Source of the DNA: Nitrosopumilus sp.
Lineage (GTDB): Archaea > Thermoproteota > Nitrososphaeria > Nitrososphaerales > Nitrosopumilaceae
Assembly: GCA_965238275.1 (NCBI GenBank)
Contig: OZ250186.1
Coordinates: 1,248,001 to 1,312,000, forward strand
Reading direction: 5' to 3'
DNA length: 64,000 bases
The position numbers and the translations under genes were made by a program. How positions within the stretch are numbered: position 1 is the first letter of the stretch; every line of letters starts with the position of its first letter. Positions 36,894 to 46,189 of the stretch are shown here, piece by piece. The notes beneath the pieces are model-generated. The model made no database searches. It saw nothing but the letters and a program-made list of their open reading frames with translations, and was not told the DNA's origin.

Positions 36894-38067
36894 TGCGCCT
36901 CTTCTCCTCCTCCTCCTGGCCAAGTACGACATCAAGTGCGTTCAGGGTATGCGCCACGTCCCGTTCTGATATCACCAACGGGGGAAGCATCCTCAGCACG
37001 TTTCTTCCCGAGTACAGCATCAGTACGCCCTCTCTTATCAGACCCATCAGGATCTCCCTGACATCGAACCTCAACTCGACTCCTATCATGAGACCCTTTC
37101 CGCGAATCTCCCTAATAATGGGATGCCTCCTTTTGAGCTCCTCCAGTCCGTCCCTGAACATGGCGCCCATCCTCTCGGAGTTTTTTACAAGTCCGTCCTG
37201 CGTTATTGCCTCGAGGGCGGCGGTTCCTGCCGCACACGACAGGGGGTTTCCGCCAAATGTGGAAGAGTGCTCGCCTCTGCTCATGGATGCAAGAATGTCC
37301 GGCCTTGTCAGCGTCGCCCCCATGGGAACCCCCCCTGCAATACCCTTTGCCAGGCACAGTATGTCCGGGGCAGTGTCCCAGTGCTGGCATGCCCACAGCC
37401 GTCCCGTCCTTCCAAGGCCGGCCTGTATCTCGTCAAATATCAGCAGGATTCCCTTCTCGTCGCAGAGCCTCCTTGCATCCTGCAGGAATCCGTCCGGGGC
37501 CACATTGATTCCGCTCTCGCCCTGAATCGGCTCCATGATGATGCATGCCGTGTCCTCGTCAACTACCGAGCGCAGGGACTCGGCATCGCCAAACGGCGTA
37601 AACGAGACCCTTTCGACAAGCGGCGCAAACGCCTTTCTGTACTTTGGATGGAATGTAAGCGAGAGGGCGCCAAACGACTTGCCGTGGTATGATCCCTTCA
37701 TTGCGACCATTCCCTTCTTTTTGGTAAACTTTCTTGCAAACTTCATGGCCGCCTCGACTGATTCGGCCCCGCTGTTGTTCAGGTGCACCTGCGTCAGGCC
37801 GTCGGGGGCAAGGCCCGTGAGCGTTTCCAGAAATTTTTCCCTTGTCTTGTTGTACAGGGAGCTGTGCACCGTGATTATCCTGTCCAACTGCTCCCTTATT
37901 GCGCCGTTGACCCTTGGATTCTGGTGTCCGACCAGCGCCACTCCGTACCCGCCCATGCAGTCAACGTACTCCTTTCCGTCAGTATCCCACACCCGGGCTC
38001 CGATCCCCCTCTCTACTGTTACTGGAAACCTCTGGTACAGGTTTCCCATGAATGTGTCTTCACCCAC
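36880..38067 (-). CDS. lysJ: [LysW]-aminoadipate semialdehyde/glutamate semialdehyde transaminase (ArgD/LysJ)
   Basis: Class III aminotransferase motifs FDEIQAGLGRTG, LAKGIAGG and STFGGNP. Confidence 0.93.
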   Translation of the reverse strand: MGEDTFMGNLYQRFPVTVERGIGARVWDTDGKEYVDCMGGYGVALVGHQNPRVNGAIREQLDRIITVHSSLYNKTREKFLETLTGLAPDGLTQVHLNNSGAESVEAAMKFARKFTKKKGMVAMKGSYHGKSFGALSLTFHPKYRKAFAPLVERVSFTPFGDAESLRSVVDEDTACIIMEPIQGESGINVAPDGFLQDARRLCDEKGILLIFDEIQAGLGRTGRLWACQHWDTAPDILCLAKGIAGGVPMGATLTRPDILASMSRGEHSSTFGGNPLSCAAGTAALEAITQDGLVKNSERMGAMFRDGLEELKRRHPIIREIRGKGLMIGVELRFDVREILMGLIREGVLMLYSGRNVLRMLPPLVISERDVAHTLNALDVVLGQEEEEKRRSVQG

Positions 38068-38863
38068 GCTCGATCACCGTACAGCCGCTCCGTGAAATGG
38101 CAGATGATATGGGGTTCTCCCTCTGGCCGTTTGCAATCAGTGCGGTGCCGACTCCCATGTCTAGCGCCTCAGTCGATGCCAAAATCTTCTTCTCCATACC
38201 AGGTCCTATCTTGGGTCTTATCTTTTTTGCCTCTTCCAGCGTCAGCTTTGGCACCAATGTGTCATCCATTAGCAGTCCGTCCACGTTTGTAATGAACAGT
38301 ACCATCCTGCTGCCTACGCTGCCTGCGACAAATGCTGCAGCCCTGTCCCCGTCGACGTTGAGAAACTCCGACTCCTCGCTGATCGCTATGGGTGATATGA
38401 CCGGCGTCATGCCCATCTCCAAAAGGCTTCTGATGAACTTGGAGTTTACCTTGCTTATCTTTCCCGTGTATCCGCCGTCGATTGCCTGCTTTCTGCCCTT
38501 CTCGTTGACTATTATCAGCCTCTTCTTTCTGTCTGCCTGTATGACCCTGGCATCAACGCCTGATATGCCTACTGCATTGATGCCGTTCTCTTGAAGCATT
38601 CTGACTATGGCCTTGTTTATCCTGCCTGACATTACCATGGTAAATATCTCTGCAGTCCTGGCATCCGTATACCTGCTCCTGATTCCGCTTGGCGATGTAA
38701 CGAATCTTGGCTCCACCCCAAGCTGGCTGCAGACCTTTGTTACCTCCTTTCCGCCGCCGTGAACTAGAATCACGCCCTCTGACTCTGCAACCCTCTTTAT
38801 GTCCGAGATTGCCGACGGATGCAGATCGTCTACGACGCTTCCGCCGATCTTGATTGTAATCAT
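38060..38863 (-). CDS. lysZ: [LysW]-aminoadipate/glutamate kinase (ArgB/LysZ)
   Basis: Motifs IKIGGS, VHGGG and NVDGDRAA. Confidence 0.93.
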   Translation of the reverse strand: MITIKIGGSVVDDLHPSAISDIKRVAESEGVILVHGGGKEVTKVCSQLGVEPRFVTSPSGIRSRYTDARTAEIFTMVMSGRINKAIVRMLQENGINAVGISGVDARVIQADRKKRLIIVNEKGRKQAIDGGYTGKISKVNSKFIRSLLEMGMTPVISPIAISEESEFLNVDGDRAAAFVAGSVGSRMVLFITNVDGLLMDDTLVPKLTLEEAKKIRPKIGPGMEKKILASTEALDMGVGTALIANGQRENPISSAISRSGCTVIERG

Positions 38864-38882
38864 GCCGCCGCCGCCGCCGTCC

Positions 38883-39929
38883 CTAAACCGGGGTCAGCGG
38901 GGTGTATCTGAGCCCATCCATCTCGTCAAAGCCGCACATTACGTTCATGTTCTGGATGGCCGAGCCTGCGGCACCCTTCATCAGATTGTCCGATGCAGAA
39001 AGTGCTATCAGCCTGTTGTTGTCCTCGTCTATGTCAAACCCGACATCGCAAAAGTTCGAGCCCACCACAAACTTGGGATCCGGAAACTTGTACGCCCCCT
39101 TCTTGTCCCGTATCAGCCTGACAAACCTTTCCTCGCCATAGGCCTTGCGGTATATCCTCCACAACTCCTTTTCGCTAATCTCCCTGTTCAGGAATGTGTG
39201 GTTTGTACACAGGATTCCGCGTACCACGTCGACTGCGTGCGGACTCATCGATACGTTGATCTTTCTTCCTGCAATCTCGCTTAGTTCCTGTTCAATCTCG
39301 CCTGTATGCCTGTGCCTTGCCGGTTTGTACGGCCTGATTACGCCTGCCCTCATTGCGTGATCCGTTCCTATGCCGGAGCCGGCACCCGACGATCCGATCT
39401 TAGAGTCCACGATGATGTGATCCGTATTTATTACATCTTCCCTGATAAGCGGGGCTAGCGCAAGTATGGATGTGACTGCCATGCATCCAGGACATGAGAC
39501 CAGCTGTGCGTTTCGAATCTCCTCCCTGTGAAGCTCTGGTATGCCAAAGACTGACTTGGGGAGGTAGTCCGGATGCGGATGGGTCCAGCCATACCACTTG
39601 TCATAACCGTCCTTGTCATGCAGCCTGTAGTCTGCGCTCAAATCAATTATCTTCAGTCCCCTGTCGTACAGGGATGTTACCATCTCGCTTGCCGTTCCGT
39701 GAGGGACTGCAGTGAATACGAGATCACACTTGTCGGCAAGCCTTTCATAGTCCTGTTCTGAAAAGACGAGATCCGTGAATCCCTTCAGGCTTGGCTGAAC
39801 CCTGTGGAGGTACTCCCCCACATGCTTTCTTGATGTAATCTGGGTGATCTCTATCTTTGGATGGTTTATGAGAAGACGGACCGTCTCGCCTCCGACATAG
39901 CCTGATGCGCCTACGATTCCCACCCTCAT
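38883..39929 (-). CDS. argC: [LysW]-aminoadipate/glutamate phosphate reductase (ArgC/LysY)
   Basis: Motifs GASGYVG, DLSADYRL, PGC and DNLMKGAAG. Confidence 0.95.
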   Translation of the reverse strand: MRVGIVGASGYVGGETVRLLINHPKIEITQITSRKHVGEYLHRVQPSLKGFTDLVFSEQDYERLADKCDLVFTAVPHGTASEMVTSLYDRGLKIIDLSADYRLHDKDGYDKWYGWTHPHPDYLPKSVFGIPELHREEIRNAQLVSCPGCMAVTSILALAPLIREDVINTDHIIVDSKIGSSGAGSGIGTDHAMRAGVIRPYKPARHRHTGEIEQELSEIAGRKINVSMSPHAVDVVRGILCTNHTFLNREISEKELWRIYRKAYGEERFVRLIRDKKGAYKFPDPKFVVGSNFCDVGFDIDEDNNRLIALSASDNLMKGAAGSAIQNMNVMCGFDEMDGLRYTPLTPV

Positions 39930-40440
39930 GATTATCTAACAGATTGTGGAGCATATTTAGAGTTTGTCAAAACCGATCAGTTGGATGCCGTGTATTGTAA
40001 TCGTACATGTCTGCTGCGAGCCTTCGGTTCCCTCATGTCAAAGCCCCTGCCGGTTCTGGCAATCTGAGCACCCGGCTGCTGCCAGAAGCCATAACACCAG
40101 CGGCCTGCAGTCTCTCTTTCATTCAAAACCGGAATATTTTTGGACGCATCGGCACGTTTGCGCTCCTAGACGGAATGGACAGGGACGCACATTTTATGCG
40201 GCATGTAATGCTGCCTGTGCCTTTCCCGGTTAATCATCGACTGCCGGCATCGGTCTGCAAATTGATGAAGACGTGATGCGTCAATATTGGCGCCTTTTAT
40301 TGCGGTTCCGGGAGAATCCGAAAGCATCCGATAATTAACGGCGTCCCAGTTTTTTTCGAATACCTTGTGGTCCTTCCTCAAGACATTATGGATAAAATGA
40401 CGGTAAATCCTGACATGAACAGCGGCGGTAGTAATAATCC

Positions 40441-40686
40441 CTACAAATGTTTCTTGGAATATGTTTTGGAACGTATTTTGGAATATATTTTGAAACCTAT
40501 GGATAGTAATATTACGATGCCCGTCACAAATAAAATCAACGTAATTGGGTTTTCCATGACGTGAGAGGGCCCAAACGATGTTAAATCCAAACGGATTTGT
40601 TGTGCCAGCAGTATCGAGCCGGCTCCAAGTATTGCCATTCCACAAAAACCCAACAATAACCTGGGATAAGCAAACCTGGACGGCAT
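40441..40686 (-). CDS. Possible small two-TM membrane protein or gene fragment in an AT-rich segment
   Basis: Two hydrophobic stretches and a basic tail; no recognisable family. Confidence 0.3.
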   Translation of the reverse strand: MPSRFAYPRLLLGFCGMAILGAGSILLAQQIRLDLTSFGPSHVMENPITLILFVTGIVILLSIGFKIYSKIRSKTYSKKHL

Positions 40687-41020
40687 GGATTGTAATATCC
40701 GGCATATCCAATAAATCTTTTCTCGTACGTAGTTTGTTGCATAATCGTGCCTAGATCGTGTTTTATTGGTGAGAATTTACGCACGAGATTGGAGTTATGC
40801 AACAAACTACTCGTACGCGTCATTTAATTAATTTAATCCGTATCAAATCCATTGATGCTTATTTCATGATTTTTTAGGCAATAAATCAGGGACTGGATTT
40901 TAGCTTCAAGGCACCGTCCAGTTACCGTTTTTATCCACTGCTGTACTGTGCCATACTGTGCCATGCTATAGATCCAATGCAGAATGTGCCTTTGCTGACG
41001 ATCAAAAGACTCCATGTGTT

Positions 41021-41180
41021 GCCGTTATGGCGGTGATCATGGCATTTACCCTGTTGGACCTGAGAGTCGGCACGAACTTGCCACTTGTGATGGCGTTCAA
41101 AAGGGTGACTCAAGGTATGCGGATGGTCAAATGCCGCTTTGACGGTGAATGGGAGTTTTCCGCTGGTCGGGCCCGACATG
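41021..41180 (+). ncRNA. Putative bridge/seek RNA of the IS110 element (ends approximate)
   Basis: Nested stems GGCATTTACC/GGTCAAATGCC, GAGTC/GACTC and GCCA/TGGC. Internal-loop segments 41070-41078 and 41097-41103 match the insertion site. Confidence 0.72.
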
Positions 41181-41194
41181 CTGCAAAGGAGGTG

Positions 41195-41765
41195 ATGACA
41201 CGTATTACATTGGAATGGACGTTCACAAAAAAATGCGTTTCAACCATCAAGGGCAAAACCAACAAGATGCTAAGGCAGGCCGAATCTGGCAACAATGTCC
41301 GGGGAATAACCGGATTCGTCAAGATGATCCGCAAGGAAGGATGCGTGCCGGCCACGGCCGTCTGCGAATCCACCGCCAACTACTGGATAGCCGTGCACGA
41401 TATTCTCGAGGATGCAGGTATCAACGCCCTGCTGGCCCACCCGCACAACACGAGGATCATAACCGAAACCGTCTACAAAGACGACAAGGCGGACTCGGCA
41501 AGGCTGGCAGACCTGTGCAGGCTGGGCATGATCCCCGAATCGTTCGTGGCCGACAAGCCCGCGCGGGACATGCGCGAACTGACCCGCACCCGCCTGGGCA
41601 TGAAGATGCACGCCGCCGGCCCCGAGAACCGCATCCACGCGATCCTGGCCAAATACCCGGCACGGGCAGCCCAAGGGAGGACTGTTTACGGGACCGGGAC
41701 TCGAGTGGTTGCAGGCAGTGCCCCTGAGGGAGGTTGGCCGCATGGCGCCGGATCAGGCGCATTGC
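41195..41765 (+). pseudogene. IS110 DEDD recombinase, N-terminal RuvC-like domain only
   Basis: YYIGMDVHK, VCESTANYW, KDDKADSARLA and RELTRTR, with frameshifts near the start and at the A7 run (41227-41233). The C-terminal Tnp domain is absent. Confidence 0.88.
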
Positions 41766-42038
41766 CAACACACAACATCAACGGGTTTGGATGCCCGTAA
41801 CACATGGGGATTCGTGCACAGCGCCTCATATTTTCGGCTGGTAAATTTGAGAAGGTCAAGCTTGAACCGGGCGGTTCGATAATACAACGAAACGGCCCGG
41901 TGCATGTCTTGGAATGTCTTATAGTATTCTGAAACCAGCAGGATGCGCTTTCCCTTATGCTTTTGGCTATGGGTCTCGAGGATTACACAGAGCCCCCGAT
42001 CGCGTAACTTAAGTAATGCTTAGAATTTATCCAAAAAT

Positions 42039-43364
42039 ATGAAAGCGACGGCTTCTGTGATGTTGGCAGCAGTACTCTTGTTTTCTGTCGTTCCACCATA
42101 CAATGCCAGCGCCCAAGAAGATTCTGTAAGGATTGATGGGGCAGGTGCATCGTTTGCATTCCCGCTGATGGATTTATGGGGGGTAGAATATGCCAAGATA
42201 CACCCAGACGTCCAGCTGAACTACCAGTCAATCGGCAGCGGCGGCGGCATCAAGCAACACATAGAAAAGGCGATAAACTTTGCAGCATCTGACGCACCGC
42301 TCCGGGAATCCGAGTACGAACATGCGCCTGGAACTATCACCATTCCCGGAATGATCGGCGCCATATCCATGGTGTACAACATCCCGGGCGTGGATTCTGG
42401 AATTAAGATCACATCCGAGGCACTGTGCCAGATGCACTTGGGAAATATCGAATCTTGGAACGATCCCCTGATTGTCGATGCCAACCCCGATCTGGAAATA
42501 CCCGATCAGGATATCGTCATAGTGCACAGGTCCGACGGCTCGGGCACGACGTTTGCCTTTACCAGTTATCTTGCCAAGGTGTGTCCGGAATGGAACGAGA
42601 GAGTGGGCGCAGGCAAGAGCGTCCCATGGCCGGTAGGACTCGGGGCAGCAGGCAACGGGGGCGTCGCAGGAGTCGTATCCACAACACCTAGCTCAATAGG
42701 ATATGTCACGCTTGCCTATGCATTCCAGAACGATCTTACCGTCGCGGCGATAGAGAACGGCGACGGCACAAACTTTGTGCTGCCGACATTGGAGAGCGCG
42801 TCTGATGCATCCCGGGGAACCGCATGTAGCCATACCTCTGGAGATCTGCTAGTCGAGTGCTTGGAGGACATGTCTGATCCATGGAATATAGTCCACGACC
42901 ACTTTTCACACGCAGGCCTGCCTCACGCATCAGACAGCTGGACAGGCGTTGACCTGCTGGCAGCATCTGGAGAAAACTCGTACCCGATCACCAGCTTCTC
43001 ATACATCCTGCTGCATCCCGATCTGAAGGGTTCAGTGGACGACTATGACCATGCCGTGGAGATTGTCAATCTCATCGCTTGGATAATCACAGACGGACAG
43101 GAGTACAACGATGATCTGCTTTATGTGCCAATCCCTGCACCCGTAGTCAATCTCGGGCTGGAAGGACTGGCGTCTATTACCTATGACGGGCAGCCTGTCT
43201 TTATGATTTCAGACGATCATGAAGACGATCATGACGATAAAATTCCTGCATGGGTGCAGAGCGTGTTCAAATTTTATGGGGACGGGTTGATATCCGAAGA
43301 CGAACTGATCAACGCAATCAAGTTTCTGGTAGAACAGGGCGTCATCAAACTGGACCCGCACTAA
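42039..43364 (+). CDS. pstS: Phosphate ABC transporter substrate-binding protein with C-terminal helical domain
   Basis: Motifs GAGASF, YQSIGSGGG, FAASDAPL and HRSDGSGTT; signal peptide. Confidence 0.95.
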   Translation: MKATASVMLAAVLLFSVVPPYNASAQEDSVRIDGAGASFAFPLMDLWGVEYAKIHPDVQLNYQSIGSGGGIKQHIEKAINFAASDAPLRESEYEHAPGTITIPGMIGAISMVYNIPGVDSGIKITSEALCQMHLGNIESWNDPLIVDANPDLEIPDQDIVIVHRSDGSGTTFAFTSYLAKVCPEWNERVGAGKSVPWPVGLGAAGNGGVAGVVSTTPSSIGYVTLAYAFQNDLTVAAIENGDGTNFVLPTLESASDASRGTACSHTSGDLLVECLEDMSDPWNIVHDHFSHAGLPHASDSWTGVDLLAASGENSYPITSFSYILLHPDLKGSVDDYDHAVEIVNLIAWIITDGQEYNDDLLYVPIPAPVVNLGLEGLASITYDGQPVFMISDDHEDDHDDKIPAWVQSVFKFYGDGLISEDELINAIKFLVEQGVIKLDPH

Positions 43365-43835
43365 GATCCTATCAATGCATACCTGCATGTGGCAAACCCA
43401 AAAGCATGGTCTCAAAAAGCAAAACACTTACAATTAAATGGGCATTTACTGCCGAAAACGTAGCTCGGTTGGTAATTAATCGGGGTAAATCAGGCATGGA
43501 ATCGCTTCGCAAAGGCGACCTCTTACGCGTACAGTCGGATCTAGCCTGAGTTTGTTTTACCATGTGCCTGCCTGCAACAAAACCGCTCGTACAGATGCAG
43601 GTACTGCAGAACAGGGCAGTTGCGTAGTATGTGCCGGAATGTTCTGAGCGTTTCCCCCTGGCCAGGGCTCCCTGATCCGCGACATGGCAGATGGCGCCTG
43701 AATGCAAAGACGCGTTACGGGGTCGAATAATATTCTGTATCAGTGACTCTGGCCACTACGGCGTGTGGGTTGGCTGGCCTTTACAAGGGCATGCTGCATG
43801 CGATGGGACACCTGCAGTGTCCTGATAATGGCATC

Positions 43836-44693
43836 CTACCTCTTGGCGTACTCGAGGGCAAATTTTACCATCTCCCTTGGTATGTTCTTTTGTGCAACAG
43901 TTGCCAGCCCCTTGAACTCTACTGTGTTGTTTACCTCGTGTACCACCAGGCCCCTCTCCTCGTCTTCCATCATGTCAATTCCAAGTATTCCGCCGCCCAT
44001 GGCCTCAGAAGCTGCCGCTGCCAGCTCCCCAATCTGGCCTGTCGTCTCGCAGGGTTCGGGATGCGACGCCTCGAGGGCAAGGTTTGTCTTGAACCCCCCG
44101 GACTTTCTGTACATGGCTGCAACCGGGGCGTGGTTTACGGTGATCACCCTGATGTCCCTTGGCGGCCTCTTGACGAGTTCCTGCAGGTAGTAAATCCTGT
44201 CATGCGGGCTGTCTGTAATGTCCCTTATCTCAAAGATGGCATCCTTGGTATCCCTGTCCTTTACCTGCATCACTCCTCTTCCCCAGCTTCCAATGACTGG
44301 CTTGATTACAAGCGGGTATCCGACCTTCTCGATGTTCTCTGATGCGCTCTGGCTTGAGAATGAAAAGTACGTCTTTGGCGTCGGAATGCTGCCTTTTTTG
44401 AGGCGCAGGGTCATGAACATCTTGTTGCCGCAGGTGTTTGCCACTTCAAACCTGTTGATTACTGGAATTCCCAGAAACTCCAGACCTGCCGTAAAGTGAA
44501 GTCCCCTAAAATAACTGACGCATCTCTCCAGGACCACATCTCCCAGGTCCATATCGTCCCTTCTGCTGTCAGTATCGAGCTGGGCCGTCTTTGCATCCAG
44601 CATGGTAACATCACATCCAAGCCCAGATGCCTCCTTTTGGAGCATCTTCTCTTCGGCTCTCAGGCGGTCAAACACAATACATACTTTTGACAT
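43836..44693 (-). CDS. lysX: LysX/ArgX ATP-grasp LysW ligase
   Basis: Motifs VIKPVIGSWGRG, RDIRV and HEVNNTVEFKG; adjacent to lysW. Confidence 0.93.
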   Translation of the reverse strand: MSKVCIVFDRLRAEEKMLQKEASGLGCDVTMLDAKTAQLDTDSRRDDMDLGDVVLERCVSYFRGLHFTAGLEFLGIPVINRFEVANTCGNKMFMTLRLKKGSIPTPKTYFSFSSQSASENIEKVGYPLVIKPVIGSWGRGVMQVKDRDTKDAIFEIRDITDSPHDRIYYLQELVKRPPRDIRVITVNHAPVAAMYRKSGGFKTNLALEASHPEPCETTGQIGELAAAASEAMGGGILGIDMMEDEERGLVVHEVNNTVEFKGLATVAQKNIPREMVKFALEYAKR

Positions 44694-44860
44694 TACTCTC
44701 CCCAGTCTTCACCAATACTCTCTGCCTGCTTGAGCTCGACATTTGATCCATCATTCTTTGATATCTCAAAGTCGGCGCCGCAATCAGGACATGAGACTAT
44801 CTCTCCGACTGAGGCATCATCGGGGATGTTTAACGTAGCGTCGCATTCGTGGCAGTTCAT
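44693..44860 (-). CDS. lysW: Amino-group carrier protein LysW (55 aa, not in the ORF track)
   Basis: MNCHECDATL...SCPDCGADF...EDWGE*, with two CxxC motifs and the EDWGE terminus. Confidence 0.97.
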   Translation of the reverse strand: MNCHECDATLNIPDDASVGEIVSCPDCGADFEISKNDGSNVELKQAESIGEDWGE

Positions 44861-46056
44861 GTTTTTGTTGACCTTTTCCTTTGTAATTTATTAGCTTCTG
44901 TTGACTGCATCCCCCACAGCTCTGCAAACCCTGTGGCAAGCCTTTGGTCGAATGTGGATTCGGTCCCATACGTGGCAACCTCCTGGCTGTACAGCGAGTT
45001 TTTGGACTTTCTTCCCACCACCTTGAGGCTACCCTTGTACATCTTGAGCCTGACTGTCCCCGAGACCGGCATCTGGGACGCCTCTATGAATCCGTCCAGA
45101 TCCGTCCTGAGCGGATCCTGCCAGAGTCCCGAATACGCCAGATACGTCCACTGCTCATCAACAATTCCCTTGAACCTGTTCTGGTGCTTGGTGTGGACCA
45201 TCTTCTCCAGATCCGTGTGTGCCTCAATAAGGCATATTGCCGCCGGCGTCTCGTAGACCTCCCGCGACTTGATTCCGACCACCCTGTCCTCGATATGGTC
45301 CGTTATCCCTACGCCTGCCTCCCCGGCTGCCGCATTGATGTGACTGATAAGTTTCTGGCCCCCCATTCTGGTCCCGTCCACTGCAATCGGGACTCCCTTC
45401 TCAAACCTGATCTCCATGTACCTTGGCTCGTCTGGCAGGTCCTTTGTCCTGACCCAGATGAAGGCATCATCAGGCGGCTCTGCATACGGGTCTTCAAGCA
45501 CGCCCCCCTCGATTGCACGCCCCCACAGGTTCTGGTCGATACTGAATTTTTTGGCAACCGAGTCTATCTGGATTCCGTGCCGCCTGGCAAAGTCCAGTTC
45601 TGTCACCCTGTCCAGATTCTTGTCCCTGATGGGCGCAATTATTGGAAGATTCGAGCCTGAACGAAGCGTAATGTCAAACCGTACCTGGTCGTTTCCCTTG
45701 CCGGAGCATCCGTGGGCAAGCGCAGAGACCTTCTCCTTTTGTGCCACCTCCAGCACCTTCTGTGCAATCAGCGGCCGTGCAAGGGCCGTTGCAAGGCAGT
45801 ACTTTCCCTGGTATAGCGCATTTGCCTTGATGGACGGGAATATGTAGTCCCTGACAAACTCCCTCCTCGCATCGATGTTGTAGTGTTTTATCACCCCGAG
45901 CCTCTTTGCCTTGGCTGCAATCTCCCTGCCACTCTCGCCATGTCCCACGTTTACCGTGACTGTGATGACATCCAAGTCGTGCTCCTCCTGCAGGTATTTT
46001 ACAACAACTGACGTGTCAAGTCCGCCGGAGAATGCAAGTATTCCTTTCTTGGCCAT
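44857..46056 (-). CDS. argG: Argininosuccinate synthase
   Basis: Motifs LAFSGGLDTS, HGCSGKGNDQVRF and GIKSREVYE; start MAKKG at 46056. Confidence 0.97.
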   Translation of the reverse strand: MAKKGILAFSGGLDTSVVVKYLQEEHDLDVITVTVNVGHGESGREIAAKAKRLGVIKHYNIDARREFVRDYIFPSIKANALYQGKYCLATALARPLIAQKVLEVAQKEKVSALAHGCSGKGNDQVRFDITLRSGSNLPIIAPIRDKNLDRVTELDFARRHGIQIDSVAKKFSIDQNLWGRAIEGGVLEDPYAEPPDDAFIWVRTKDLPDEPRYMEIRFEKGVPIAVDGTRMGGQKLISHINAAAGEAGVGITDHIEDRVVGIKSREVYETPAAICLIEAHTDLEKMVHTKHQNRFKGIVDEQWTYLAYSGLWQDPLRTDLDGFIEASQMPVSGTVRLKMYKGSLKVVGRKSKNSLYSQEVATYGTESTFDQRLATGFAELWGMQSTEANKLQRKRSTKT

Positions 46057-46189
46057 AAAACACCTTTTTAGATTCGGGCTTGAAATATTATCTTTTTGAT
46101 GGGAATCTGCCTGATCTGCGGTACCGTGGTGCCATATAGCTTGAGCTAAAATCCGATGATTATTTAACCGCCGAACATAACGCTGTTTT

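Larger units (their letters stand above)
41009..41810 (+). mobile_element. IS110/IS1111-family element, internally deleted
   Basis: Subterminal inverted repeats CCATGTGTT (41012-41020) and AACACATGG (41799-41807); DEDD transposase remnant; ~180-bp upstream non-coding region. Confidence 0.88.
40993..41956 (-). mobile_element. IS630 right-end remnant (40993-41008 plus 41811-41956), split inside its TIR by an IS110 element
   Basis: Joined sequence TGCTGACGATCAAAAG|TTCGTGCACAGCGCCTCATATTTTCGGCTGG aligns to the reverse complement of about 34804-34963. Confidence 0.88.

Noticed and set aside
43365-43835. tRNA or structured RNA in this and other long intergenic gaps
   Set aside because: No cloverleaf, T-loop consensus or convincing stems were found by eye.
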